In this document: positions 54,840 through 64,000 of the stretch, piece by piece
How positions within the stretch are numbered: position 1 is the stretch's first letter
Layout of the letters: each line of letters starts with the position of its first letter
Origin: Christensenellaceae bacterium
GTDB taxonomy: Bacteria > Bacillota > Clostridia > Christensenellales > Borkfalkiaceae
Reading direction: 5' to 3'
DNA length: 64,000 nucleotides
Assembly: GCA_022768945.1 (NCBI GenBank)
Contig: JALEKY010000003.1
Span: forward strand, 1,135-65,134
Translations under genes and position numbers: made by a program
Notes under the pieces: generated by a model
Told to the model about the DNA's origin: nothing
Databases searched by the model: none
The model's input: the letters and a program-made list of their open reading frames with translations, nothing else

Positions 54840-56944
54840 TGGAAATCGTAAAAACAAAATTCGACGGATTTTGCAAGGGCGTGTCGCGCGCGGTTACGAC
54901 TGCGCTCGATTCCGGCGTAGGAACGTACGTTCTCGGCAATCTGGTTCATAACGAAATCGTAATGAAAACGATTTCGGACAGAGGTCTTGTAACCGTCGGG
55001 AGCGACGACGAAATTCCTTCCGGCGCAAAGGTAATTATCAGGGCGCACGGAGTAGGTAAAAGCGTTTACGAAAGATTAAAACAAAAGAACTGCGAGATAA
55101 TAGACTGCACGTGTCCTTTCGTAAAGAAAATACACGGCATCGTTTCGGAGTATTCTTCAAAAGGTTTTCATATTATCGTTTTCGGTGATAAAAATCACGC
55201 CGAGGTCAAAGGTACCATAGGCTGGACTAACGGCGACTATACCGTTGTAGGAGAAAACGACGAGTTTGACGAAGCTATGCTTCGCGAAAAAAACGCGATA
55301 GTGGCTCAAACGACCTTTTCCCGGCAAAAATTAGAAAATTTTTTGAAAAATATTAAAAAAAACGATAAAAAAAGAGTTGAAATATTTAAAACAATTTGTT
55401 ATACTACTATAGAGAGGCAAAAGGAAGCGATTGACATTGCCGACAGTACCGACGCGGTAATAGTTATAGGAAGCAAAACGAGTAACAATACGGCAGAGCT
55501 TCTTAATCTCGTATCGTCGAGGGAAAAGGAATGTTTTCTCGTATCAGAAGTAGCCGATTTGAAAAACGTAAAAACAAATTTTAAAAAGGTGGGTATCGTG
55601 TGCGGCGCGTCGACTCCGCACGAACTCATACAGGAGGTTTTCTTAAACATGGAGAATAATACTGAAGTTAAGGCTTTGAATGAAATGGAAGAAGCGGTTG
55701 CAAAAATGGACGAACAGTCTACCAAATTCAGAAAGGGTCAGACAATAACCGCAACAATTTCTTCGGCAACAGACGAAGGCTTGGCACTCTACATCAACAA
55801 TACCAAAAAAGAAATCGTTCTCCCGAAAGAAGAGCTCATAACAAACGCATACAACAAAGACGATTACAAAGATAAAATCGGTGAAGAAATAGAAGTTATG
55901 ATTGTTGGTCTTAACCCCGTTAAACTCTCGGAAAAGGCCATTGCCCAGCTTAAGGAAGAAGAAGAAACCATCAAATCCATCGAGGAAGGCAACACCTTCA
56001 ACGTCACGGTTGACGGCTTCAATAAGGGCGGACTTACCGGTAAGATCGGCAGCTACGGCGTATTCATTCCGTCCAGCCAGATCAGAATCGGTTTTGTTAA
56101 AGATCTTGAAAAGTACGTTGGCAAGACTTTAAGATGCAAAATGGAAAAAATCGAAAAGAACGAAAGAAGAAAGCAGATAGTCGCTTCTCAGAGAGTTATT
56201 CTCGAAGCAGAAAAGGCTGAAAGAGACGCTGCGAAAGCCGCTAAAGAAGAGGCGTTCTTCTCCGCTATTTCGGTTGGCGATATAATCAAAGGTACGGTTG
56301 TTCGTTTCGCACAGTTCGGCGCGTTTGTAGACGTAAACGGTTTCGACTGCCTCGCTCACATTTCCGACCTCAGCTGGACGAATATCAAAAACTGCGGCGA
56401 AGTTCTCGAACTCAATAAAGAGTACGAATTCAAAATTCTTTCTATCGATACCGAAAAGAAAAAGGTTTCGCTCGGTTACAAACAGCTTCAGCCGAAGCCT
56501 TGGGATCTCGTAGGCGAAAAGTATAACGTAGGCGACGTCGTTAAAGGAACCGTCGTAAGAATTACGAAGTTCGGCGCGTTTGTAGAAGTAGAAAAAGGCG
56601 TTGACGGTCTCGTACACGTTTCGCAGATTTCTCACGAATGGCTTGAAAATCCTACCACTGCCGTTCAGGTCGGACAGGAAGTAGAAGTTAAAATTCTCGG
56701 CATCGATACCGAAAACGAGAAGATGACTCTTTCCATCAAGGCTTTGCAGCCCGTTCCGGAAGGACTTGAAAGACCTAACAGACAGAGAAGAGAAAAGAAT
56801 AACGAAGGTCACGAGGGCGAAGAGAAACCCGCTCGCGAAAGAAAGCCCAGAAGAGAAAAGACCGATGACGACGAAATCAGAGAATGGAACGAAGGCGGCG
56901 AAGGCGGCGCTTCCATTGCTGAACTTCTCGGCGGCAACAACTAA
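54839..56944 (+). CDS. ispH: bifunctional IspH (4-hydroxy-3-methylbut-2-enyl diphosphate reductase) fused to ribosomal protein S1 (four S1 domains)
   Basis: I moved the start to MEIVKTKFDGFCKGV (ATG 54839, overlapping the plsC stop). The first ~280 aa carry IspH Cys motifs. Four S1 repeats follow (GTVVRFAQFGAFVDV, GTVVRITKFGAFVEV and others), then a basic/acidic tail. Confidence 0.85.
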   Translation: MEIVKTKFDGFCKGVSRAVTTALDSGVGTYVLGNLVHNEIVMKTISDRGLVTVGSDDEIPSGAKVIIRAHGVGKSVYERLKQKNCEIIDCTCPFVKKIHGIVSEYSSKGFHIIVFGDKNHAEVKGTIGWTNGDYTVVGENDEFDEAMLREKNAIVAQTTFSRQKLENFLKNIKKNDKKRVEIFKTICYTTIERQKEAIDIADSTDAVIVIGSKTSNNTAELLNLVSSREKECFLVSEVADLKNVKTNFKKVGIVCGASTPHELIQEVFLNMENNTEVKALNEMEEAVAKMDEQSTKFRKGQTITATISSATDEGLALYINNTKKEIVLPKEELITNAYNKDDYKDKIGEEIEVMIVGLNPVKLSEKAIAQLKEEEETIKSIEEGNTFNVTVDGFNKGGLTGKIGSYGVFIPSSQIRIGFVKDLEKYVGKTLRCKMEKIEKNERRKQIVASQRVILEAEKAERDAAKAAKEEAFFSAISVGDIIKGTVVRFAQFGAFVDVNGFDCLAHISDLSWTNIKNCGEVLELNKEYEFKILSIDTEKKKVSLGYKQLQPKPWDLVGEKYNVGDVVKGTVVRITKFGAFVEVEKGVDGLVHVSQISHEWLENPTTAVQVGQEVEVKILGIDTENEKMTLSIKALQPVPEGLERPNRQRREKNNEGHEGEEKPARERKPRREKTDDDEIREWNEGGEGGASIAELLGGNN

Positions 56945-56969
56945 TCTCTTTAACTAACATAACTTATTA

Positions 56970-57006
56970 CAGCCCACTATACATTTGTACGGTGGGCTGA
57001 TTTTTT
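56970..57006 (+). terminator. intrinsic terminator after ispH-rpsA
   Basis: CAGCCCAC-loop-GTGGGCTG is followed by ATTTTTT. Confidence 0.75.
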
Positions 57007-57174
57007 CTAAAATAACATTAAACGGCTTGCAAAAATTAATTTTTGAATTGCTGCCGCAATTGTTATTCTACGTAAGCGAATAATATTCGTCCGTTGAAAA
57101 CTTCGCAAAAAATGCCTGCAAATGCTCCGTGCTTGCGCATTTTCGCTTGTATTATAAAAACCGGAATATAAAAA

Positions 57175-57531
57175 ATGAAATATACAGAAATAAAAAATAC
57201 CGACGGGTTAACGTCGGTTCTCGATTTGTTCGAGAGCGGGGCGAAACTCGTTTCCGTCAATTACAAAGCCTGTTCGGATTCATCCGAAAACAACGATATA
57301 AGAGAAGCCGAACTTTTCTTTAAGGGAAAAACAAATTTCTCGCTTAAATTTGCCGAGGTCGATTGTCTGCACATAGTTCCTATTGCGACGGGCAGCATTA
57401 TTTTAAAAAACGTTGCTCTGGGTACGTTCGGCAAGATCTTTTTCTTTGCCGACGACGAGATGTTTGACGTAACAAACCCGGATACTTCGCTTTCATACGT
57501 AATTTCAAGAAAGCTATTTATAGGTAAATAA
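57175..57531 (+). CDS. hypothetical protein
   Basis: 118 aa with no recognisable motif. Its stop overlaps the rlmI start. Confidence 0.45.
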   Translation: MKYTEIKNTDGLTSVLDLFESGAKLVSVNYKACSDSSENNDIREAELFFKGKTNFSLKFAEVDCLHIVPIATGSIILKNVALGTFGKIFFFADDEMFDVTNPDTSLSYVISRKLFIGK

Positions 57532-58703
57532 TGTATACACTGACGTTAAAAAAGAACGAAGAAAAGAGAATTTTGCTCGGTCACCCGTGGGTTTATGCAA
57601 ACGAGGTTGCGAAAATCGAAGGGAAAGACGCGCAGGGCAGCATTGCTAAGGTATGCGCTTTTGACGGCAGATTCATAGGTTACGGATATATAAATCATCT
57701 TTCGAAGATAATCGTCCGGATTTTAACTCGCAGGGACGAGATTATAGATAAGGATTTCTTTAAAAAGAGGATAGTTAACGCGAACGATTTGAGGGTTAAT
57801 CTCGGTTTTAACGACAATTATCGCGTGTGTTTCGGAGAAAACGACCTTCTTCCCGGGCTTGTCGTAGATAAATACGGCGATTATCTGTGCGTTCAGTTTT
57901 TAACGCTCGGTATGGAAGTCCGAAAAGATATGATTTTGGATATCCTTGAAGAAATTTTTTCGCCAAAGGGAATTTACGAGCGCAGCGACGTTTCCGTAAG
58001 GGAAAAAGAAGGCTTAAAACAATTCAAGGGCGTTGTCAGAGGTGCGATTAACTCGCCCGTTCTTATTAACGAAAACGGCGTGAAAATGTTCGTTGACCTT
58101 GAAAACGGACAGAAAACGGGGTATTTCCTCGATCAAAAAGAAAACAGACTTAATTTAAGAAGATACGTTAAAGATAAAACGGTTCTCGATTGTTTTTCTA
58201 ACGTAGGCGGTTTTGCGCTCAACGCGGCAATCGGAGGCGCGAAAGACGTGACCGCCCTCGATATAAGCGAAATTGCCGTCGAGTATATTCGCAAAAACGC
58301 CGAGCTGAACGGACTAAAAAATATAAAAACCGAATGCGCGGACGTTTTCGAAAGATTGAGAGAATATCGCAGAGAAGAGAAAAAATTCGACGTAATCATT
58401 CTCGATCCTCCCGCGTTTACAAAGAGCAAAGAAACCGTTAAAGAGGGCTACAAAGGGTATAAGGATATAAACATTCAGGCGCTTAAGCTTTTGAGAAGCG
58501 GCGGGATTCTCGTTACGTGCAGTTGCAGTCAGCATTTAACGGTAAATTTATTCAACGATATGCTTAAAGAAAGCATTTCTCAAGCCGGCGTTAACGCGAA
58601 AATGCTCGAACTAAGAATTCAATCGCGCGACCACTCGACTTTGATCGGACTTGACGAAGGGTTGTATCTTAAAGTCGCCGTTCTCTACGTTTGGAAAAAC
58701 TGA
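57531..58703 (+). CDS. rlmI: class I SAM-dependent 23S rRNA m5C methyltransferase (PUA domain; RlmI-like)
   Basis: 390 aa with an N-terminal GHPWVYANEV PUA-type motif, the SAM motif VLDCFSNVGGFAL, and DPPAF. Confidence 0.8.
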   Translation: MYTLTLKKNEEKRILLGHPWVYANEVAKIEGKDAQGSIAKVCAFDGRFIGYGYINHLSKIIVRILTRRDEIIDKDFFKKRIVNANDLRVNLGFNDNYRVCFGENDLLPGLVVDKYGDYLCVQFLTLGMEVRKDMILDILEEIFSPKGIYERSDVSVREKEGLKQFKGVVRGAINSPVLINENGVKMFVDLENGQKTGYFLDQKENRLNLRRYVKDKTVLDCFSNVGGFALNAAIGGAKDVTALDISEIAVEYIRKNAELNGLKNIKTECADVFERLREYRREEKKFDVIILDPPAFTKSKETVKEGYKGYKDINIQALKLLRSGGILVTCSCSQHLTVNLFNDMLKESISQAGVNAKMLELRIQSRDHSTLIGLDEGLYLKVAVLYVWKN

Positions 58704-58731
58704 ATAAAGAATAGGGGCAAAGGAGGTTTAC

Positions 58732-59952
58732 ATGGCTAAAAGACGAAAAAAAATCAAAGCCGCCTTGCCGATTTGGCTTGTAATTATCATAATTATAGTT
58801 ATAATTGCGGCTTATTACTGTTATGCTAAAGGTTATATAAAATTCCCGGATAACACGATAGAATCGAGCGACGATTCATCCGGAGGACAAAGCGAAACGA
58901 GTTCGGGAGGACAAAGCGAAACGAGTTCGGGAGGACAAAGCTCCGGCGGCTCAGGTGCAGGCGACGAACAGGGAGAGGCTTCCTCTTTTAACGACGCGCC
59001 GGCTCCCGGAAACGGAAATCTCAATATTTATTTTCTCGACGTCGGACAGGGCGACTGCATGTTTATAGTTTTCCCCGATGGAAAAACGATGATAATAGAT
59101 TCGGGCGACAATAAGTCGTATGTAAGAGAAAAGATTTCAAGCGCGGCAAACAAATTAAATATTACTACGTTCGATTATCTTTTATTGACGCATTCCGACT
59201 CCGACCATTCGGGTTCAATGAAATACGTATTCGATAACTTCGAGATAAAAAAAGTTTTCAGACCGAACGTACATTCGACTTATAAAGATGTTTCGAATTT
59301 AAACCCCGGAATTAACCCGGAAGCCGTAGAGGGCGGCAAAGTTCAAAGCAGCGCTACCTACTATAATTTTCTTTACTCCGTTCAGGCAGAAGAGGGATGC
59401 GAGGAAGAAATTTTTAACTACGAAAGCGATTTTACCGGTACATACTCGCTCGATGACATTTCGCTCGACTATACATTCGACTTTTTAACTCCGACTGCGG
59501 AGAAAAATCAGATTGCGTATTCGGACGCGAACGATTACTCTCCGATCGTCAATCTTTCTTACAACGGCATAAACATTTTTCTTACCGGTGACGCCGAAAA
59601 AACCGCCGAAGCGGAATTTTTGAGAGCGTACGGCGCAAAATTCGATATTGACGTTCTGAAGGTCGGGCATCACGGCTCGATGACTTCTACTTCGCAAGCG
59701 TTTATCGACGCGGTAAAACCGGAATATTCGGTTATTTGCTGCGGAACGGGAAATAAATACAGGCATCCGAGGCAGTCACTTCTCGACAGGTTGAAAGCGG
59801 CTAACAATAAAGTATTCCGCACTGATACTAACGGCGATATAGTTTTGTCTGTTTCCGCGGAGGAAGATTATAAGATTTCGGTCGAAAGATTTTATGTCGA
59901 AAAGTCGGATATGTCCAAAAACTTTATTGGCGGCGACGTAGTAGCAGAATAA
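58732..59952 (+). CDS. membrane-anchored ComEC-type MBL-fold hydrolase (stand-alone ComEC/Rec2 nuclease-like domain)
   Basis: It has an N-terminal TM anchor and a Ser/Gly repeat linker. The segment IYFLDVGQGDCMFIVFPDGKTMIIDSGD ... LLLTHSDSDHSGS ... VGHHGS matches the ComEC C-terminal domain pattern. Confidence 0.75.
   Translation: MAKRRKKIKAALPIWLVIIIIIVIIAAYYCYAKGYIKFPDNTIESSDDSSGGQSETSSGGQSETSSGGQSSGGSGAGDEQGEASSFNDAPAPGNGNLNIYFLDVGQGDCMFIVFPDGKTMIIDSGDNKSYVREKISSAANKLNITTFDYLLLTHSDSDHSGSMKYVFDNFEIKKVFRPNVHSTYKDVSNLNPGINPEAVEGGKVQSSATYYNFLYSVQAEEGCEEEIFNYESDFTGTYSLDDISLDYTFDFLTPTAEKNQIAYSDANDYSPIVNLSYNGINIFLTGDAEKTAEAEFLRAYGAKFDIDVLKVGHHGSMTSTSQAFIDAVKPEYSVICCGTGNKYRHPRQSLLDRLKAANNKVFRTDTNGDIVLSVSAEEDYKISVERFYVEKSDMSKNFIGGDVVAE
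58876..58941 (+). repeat. in-frame 24-nt tandem repeat (~2.75 copies) encoding (SSGGQSET)n
   Basis: AGTTCGGGAGGACAAAGCGAAACG at 58900-58923 is repeated perfectly for 18 nt from 58924. A variant copy precedes it at 58876-58899. Confidence 0.85.
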
Positions 59953-60003
59953 ATAAAAGGTAGGAGCTTCATCTTCAGAGCTTCTGCCTGTTTTTTATAA
60001 ATT

Positions 60004-61368
60004 TCAGTTCGATTGCGCCGTTTCGGCATTAGCAATCTCGTCGAGTTTCGATTCTTTTTTAAAGAAGTTCCGCGTGAGAATAAATCCGACCAAACCTGTA
60101 ATCGTGTCCGTAACGGGGTACGTAAGCCAAAAATAGTTTAATCCGAAAAGAGAGAACAGATAGCCGAGCGGAACAAAAAGGCAAATTGTTCTTATTACCG
60201 TAAGCAACGTGCTTTTTACGCTTTGACCGACAGCCTGAAAAAGTACGGGGTAGGTAAGGGACGTGACGAGCGGAATAAAGCTCCACCCGATAATATGGAA
60301 CGCCGTGTTTCCTATTTCGATAACGTTTTCGTTAGATGAAAAGAAGCGAAGCATCGGTTCGGATAAAAACAGAAAGCATAGCATGCCGAGAAACATCAAC
60401 GCAAAACCGAACAATATAGAAGTGTTAAGCGTTTGTTTGCACCTCGGTAGTTTTCGGGCGGCGTAGTTATAACTGATTACGGGGACTATACACGTTTGCA
60501 TCGCTCCAAGCGGTATAAAGAAGAACGTTTGCCATTTGTAATACAGACCGAGAACGGTTACCGCGTCGTCCGAGAACGTCGCAAGTATCATATTCAGCCC
60601 GAAAATATACAAAGTGTAAGCCGATTGCATTATAATGTTCGGAAGTCCGAGGCGGAATATTTCGGCAACATAGCGCGGATATTTTTTTATCGAAGGCGAC
60701 TTGTAAAATCCTTTTCTCATTACTACGAGGGCGGCGACAACCTGCCCTGCCACTGTTGCGATTGCCGCGCCGGTTATTCCGAGTTTAGGCAGACCGAACA
60801 TTCCGAAAATAAGAAGAGGATCGAGAATTATGTTTGTAATCGCTCCGAGAATTTGCGCTATCATCGGCGTTTTCATATCGCCTTTTGACTGCAGAACTTT
60901 CGTCCATACGCTTTCGAGGAAAAGACTGAAACTGAAAACGCACACGATTCTGCCGTATGCTATTACGTCTGCAACGACTTCCTCATCGCTTGTTGACATT
61001 CTCGCAAACGACGGCATAATCGCGTAACAGACCGCGGCAAAGATTACCCATAGAACGGAGGCGAGTGGTGTAGCAGTGCCGGCGTATTCGTTTGCCGTTT
61101 CTTCGCGCTTCCGTCCGAGCATCGCCGCCATAACCGTGTTTATACCGACGCCTGTTCCGACGGCGATAGCAATCATAAGAAGCTGCAGAGGGTAGATGAT
61201 CGAAAGAGCGGTTAAGCCCGCGTCGGACAGCCTGCCTACGAACACGCTGTCCATTATGTTGTATAAAGCCTGTATAAGCTGAGCCAGCATAACCGGCGGA
61301 GCCAATTTAAGTAAAATTTTGCTTATTTTTTCACTTCCGAAATAATCGGCAGACATTGTTTGTTTCAT
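60004..61368 (-). CDS. MATE family efflux transporter
   Basis: 454 aa, 12 TM helices, with a MATE-type N-terminus (ILLKLAPPVMLAQLIQALYNIMDSVFVG). Confidence 0.8.
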   Translation of the reverse strand: MKQTMSADYFGSEKISKILLKLAPPVMLAQLIQALYNIMDSVFVGRLSDAGLTALSIIYPLQLLMIAIAVGTGVGINTVMAAMLGRKREETANEYAGTATPLASVLWVIFAAVCYAIMPSFARMSTSDEEVVADVIAYGRIVCVFSFSLFLESVWTKVLQSKGDMKTPMIAQILGAITNIILDPLLIFGMFGLPKLGITGAAIATVAGQVVAALVVMRKGFYKSPSIKKYPRYVAEIFRLGLPNIIMQSAYTLYIFGLNMILATFSDDAVTVLGLYYKWQTFFFIPLGAMQTCIVPVISYNYAARKLPRCKQTLNTSILFGFALMFLGMLCFLFLSEPMLRFFSSNENVIEIGNTAFHIIGWSFIPLVTSLTYPVLFQAVGQSVKSTLLTVIRTICLFVPLGYLFSLFGLNYFWLTYPVTDTITGLVGFILTRNFFKKESKLDEIANAETAQSN

Positions 61369-61394
61369 TATTCCTAAGAGTAATTCAAGTAAAA

Positions 61395-61427
61395 GTCCCA
61401 GTTATCATTAGATAACGGGGACTTTTT
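61395..61427 (-). terminator. hairpin/terminator between typA and the MATE gene
   Basis: GTCCC(A)GTTATC-ATTA-GATAAC(G)GGGAC has U-tracts on both strands. Confidence 0.6.
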
Positions 61428-61430
61428 CGT

Positions 61431-63248
61431 TTATTTTAATTTCGAAAGCTCCTTTAAGCGGAGTTCCTTGTTGAGGATTCTCTTTCTGAGTCTTATACTC
61501 TTAGGCGTGCATTCCACAAGTTCGTCTTCGGCTATAAACTCAAGACATTGCTCGAGCGAAAGAGTGGTAGGGGTGATGAGTTTCAAAGCGTCTTCGCTAC
61601 CCGCCGCGCGGTTGTTCGTAAGTTGCTTTTTCTTGCAAACGTTCACGCAAAGATCTTCTTCTCTCGAGTTTTCTCCTACAACCATTCCTTCGTACACGTT
61701 TTCGCCCGGTCCTATAAACAAACGAGATCTTTCCTGTGCGTTGAACAGACCGTATGAAGTGGTAACGCCGGATTCGTGAACTACTACCGAGCCGCGCGTT
61801 CTTTCCTGTATGTCGCCTTTGTATTGCTCATAGCCGTTAAAAACGTGGCTCATTACACCGAAGCCTTTCGTGTCGGTAAGCATTTCGCTGCGATAACCGA
61901 AAAGACATCTTGCGGGTATATTGAATTCGAGCCTCGTGCCGCCTCTTCCGTCCGAAGTCATAGTTATAAGATCGCCCTTTCGCGCGCCGATTTTATTCAT
62001 TATCGCGCCTACATACTCGTCGGGAACGTCAACTACGAGGAGCTCCATAGGCTCGTAGGTTTTTCCTTCTATTTCTTTGAAAATAACTTTCGGGCGGGAA
62101 ACCTGAAACTCGTACCCCTCGCGGCGCATGTTTTCAATGAGAATGGAAAGATGAAGTTCGCCTCTGCCGTACACTTTGAAGCAATCGGCGGAGTCTGTTT
62201 CTTCTACTCTCATACTCACGTTCGTTTCAACTTCCTTAAAAAGTCTTGCTCTTAAGTGTCTGCTCGTTACGAACTTGCCTTCTTTTCCTGCAAACGGGCT
62301 GTTGTTTACCATAAACAACATACTCATCGTCGGTTCGTCGATTTTCACGAACGGCAACGGCTCGGGCTTGTCGTAGTCGCAGATGGTTTCGCCTATGTTT
62401 ATACCAGCCATACCGCTTATGGCGATAATATCGCCTACCGTCGCGCGCTCGGTTTCTACTCTTTTAAGTCCCTCGAACTGATAAAGCTTGCCTATTCTGC
62501 AACCGGAACTTGTTCCGTCAGTATGGCAAATCGTTCCGGGTTCGTTTGTCTTTATAGAGCCGCGTACGATTTTACCTATGCCGATACGACCGATGTATTC
62601 GTCGTAATCGATATTGCAGATAATCGCCTGAAGGCTTGCCTCGGGATCGCCGGTCGGCGCGGGTACTTCGCTTATTATCGCGTCGAGAAGGGGTGACATA
62701 TCCTTTCCGGGTACCGTATAATCGTTCGTAGCCCAACCGAGTTTGGAACTCGAATAAACGGTTTTAAAATCTATCTGATCGTCGTTCGCGCCGAGCTCAA
62801 AGAAAAGTTCGAGTATCTGATCCTGAACGGCGTTCACGTCGCCGCCTTTATCGATTTTGTTTATGCATACGACAGGTTTTTTATTGAGACCGAGGGCTTT
62901 TTTCAAAACGTATCTCGTCTGCGGCATACAGCCTTCAACAGCGTCTACGAGAAGAACGACGCCGTCTACCATCGACAGTATGCGTTCTACTTCGCCGCCG
63001 AAATCCGCGTGCCCCGGGGTATCGATAATATTGATTTTTACTCCCTTATAGTGAACGGCGGTGTTTTTTGCTAAAATCGTTATGCCGCGTTCGCGTTCGA
63101 TATCGTTGCTGTCCATAACTCTTTCGGCAACGACTTCGTTGGTTCTGAAAACGCCGTTTTGCTTTAAAAGCTGATCCACGAGAGTCGTTTTGCCGTGGTC
63201 GACGTGCGCTATAATCGCAATGTTTCTTACATCTTCTCTGACAAACAT
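61431..63248 (-). CDS. typA: translational GTPase TypA/BipA
   Basis: 605 aa with IAIIAHVDHGKTTLVD, DTPGHADF and NKID motifs and EF-G-like domains. Confidence 0.9.
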   Translation of the reverse strand: MFVREDVRNIAIIAHVDHGKTTLVDQLLKQNGVFRTNEVVAERVMDSNDIERERGITILAKNTAVHYKGVKINIIDTPGHADFGGEVERILSMVDGVVLLVDAVEGCMPQTRYVLKKALGLNKKPVVCINKIDKGGDVNAVQDQILELFFELGANDDQIDFKTVYSSSKLGWATNDYTVPGKDMSPLLDAIISEVPAPTGDPEASLQAIICNIDYDEYIGRIGIGKIVRGSIKTNEPGTICHTDGTSSGCRIGKLYQFEGLKRVETERATVGDIIAISGMAGINIGETICDYDKPEPLPFVKIDEPTMSMLFMVNNSPFAGKEGKFVTSRHLRARLFKEVETNVSMRVEETDSADCFKVYGRGELHLSILIENMRREGYEFQVSRPKVIFKEIEGKTYEPMELLVVDVPDEYVGAIMNKIGARKGDLITMTSDGRGGTRLEFNIPARCLFGYRSEMLTDTKGFGVMSHVFNGYEQYKGDIQERTRGSVVVHESGVTTSYGLFNAQERSRLFIGPGENVYEGMVVGENSREEDLCVNVCKKKQLTNNRAAGSEDALKLITPTTLSLEQCLEFIAEDELVECTPKSIRLRKRILNKELRLKELSKLK

Positions 63249-63320
63249 ATTTCTTTTTACCTCATTAACTGAAACATTATATACTTTTCGATACTTTTAG
63301 TCAAATAAAATAAACTATTC

Positions 63321-63349
63321 TTGACTTTTCTTGCAAAAAAAAGTAGAAT
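63321..63349 (+). promoter_or_regulatory. sigma-A promoter TTGACT-17-TAGAAT, ~200 nt upstream of the ABC exporter gene
   Basis: The -35 lies at 63321-63326 and the -10 at 63344-63349. A second promoter-like copy, CTTGCAAAAAAA...TATTAT, lies at about 63505-63532. Confidence 0.55.
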
Positions 63350-63551
63350 ATTAAAATAATCAAACGCAGTCGCAGAGGCTAAAAAGAGGCGTAACCCTTT
63401 GTTAGAAGAACAAAGTCTTATGGAGGTGAACTACGAGCCTCTATCTGTACCAAACACATTATACCATAACGAAAGTTATTTGTATAAAGGTTTTGCTTGG
63501 TTTCCTTGCAAAAAAACTAAGCAATTATATTATACGAGGAGGTAAAAGAAA

Positions 63552-64000
63552 TTGCTGAAAAGATTTTTAAGTTACTATAAACCGCATTGGAAATTGTTTT
63601 TGCTCGATATGGTTTGCGCTTTTTTAGTAGCCGTATGCAATTTATTCTACCCGTTTATAGCAAAAAACATAATAAATTCCTATGTTCCGAACAAAGAGTT
63701 GCAGCTTATGCTCGTGTGGCTCGGAGTTTTGCTCGGCATTTTCCTTTTAAAGGCGGGGCTGAACTATATTATATCCTATTGGGGACATATTTCGGGGCTT
63801 TACATTCAGAAAGATATGAGAAACGAGATGTTCCGTCATTTGCAAAAACTTCCGTTTTCGTATTACGACGAAGTGAAAACCGGCTCGATAATGTCGAGGC
63901 TCATTAACGATTTGTTCGATATTTCGGAGCTTGCGCATCACGGACCGGAAGACGTGCTGCTTTCCGCCATAACGATTTTGGGCGCGCTCGTTATGATTTA
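63552..64000 (+). CDS. ABC exporter, fused TMD-NBD type (MsbA/BmrCD-like), N-terminal part; continues past the window end
   Basis: It is open-ended and so absent from the ORF track. A TTG start follows 9 nt after the GAGGAGG RBS. My translation, MLKRFLSYYKPHWKLFLLDM...DMRNEMFRHLQKLPFSYYDEVKTGSIMSRLINDL, is a typical ABC_membrane domain. Confidence 0.75.
   Translation, partial: MLKRFLSYYKPHWKLFLLDMVCAFLVAVCNLFYPFIAKNIINSYVPNKELQLMLVWLGVLLGIFLLKAGLNYIISYWGHISGLYIQKDMRNEMFRHLQKLPFSYYDEVKTGSIMSRLINDLFDISELAHHGPEDVLLSAITILGALVMI

Noticed and set aside
54839-56944. The IspH-ribosomal protein S1 fusion, considered as a novel chimera.
   Set aside because: This bifunctional ispH/rpsA fusion within a cmk-plsC-ispH/rpsA block is a well-known Clostridia arrangement.

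Overview
The window looks like a low-GC Firmicutes (Clostridia-type) core-chromosome segment. About 60 genes are tightly packed, often with overlapping stop and start codons, and nearly all are housekeeping. Genes in order:
- Replication and repair: partial tRNA-Thr, dnaI plus a DnaD-domain initiator, sbcDC.
- lepB, degV, pepF, and the replicative helicase.
- The Firmicutes ywlC(sua5)-ywlE-rpiB-upp block, then galU, tcdA, a second LMW phosphatase, ansA and a MATE pump.
- A TldD/PmbA pair, an alpha-oxoamine synthase and the c-di-AMP receptor DarA.
- A BMP-type nucleoside ABC importer, tRNA-Glu(CTC) and a repeat-rich lipoprotein.
- comEC-holA-cdaA and rplU-rpmA.
- A five-gene biotin-dependent Na+-decarboxylase/carboxyltransferase cluster.
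- surE, cmk-plsC-ispH::rpsA, rlmI, a ComEC-type MBL exoprotein, a second MATE pump, typA, and the start of an ABC exporter.

I found no CRISPR array, IS element, prophage, integrase or recognisable defence or secondary-metabolite island. I therefore do not claim a new multi-gene system.

The observations most worth a second look are non-coding or are departures from expected gene structure:
1. A bipartite ~90-nt intergenic repeat occurs at 38353-38442 and 45289-45379, with two possible truncated copies.
2. A ~400-nt gene-free region at 40471-40872 has consensus promoters on both strands and competing hairpins.
3. A promoter plus terminator leader precedes the nucleoside ABC operon and matches no riboswitch I recognise.
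4. cdaA is followed by a 39-codon membrane mini-ORF where cdaR-glmM would normally sit.
5. L27 carries a cleavable-looking propeptide, but no prp gene lies between rplU and rpmA.
6. A threonine-synthase homologue has its PLP lysine and phosphate loop replaced.
7. ComEC lacks its MBL nuclease domain, while ComEC-type and other MBL proteins are encoded separately.
8. The decarboxylase cluster encodes both an acyl-CoA-type and an oxaloacetate/pyruvate-type carboxyltransferase.

All functional calls come from motif recognition by eye. No database search was run.
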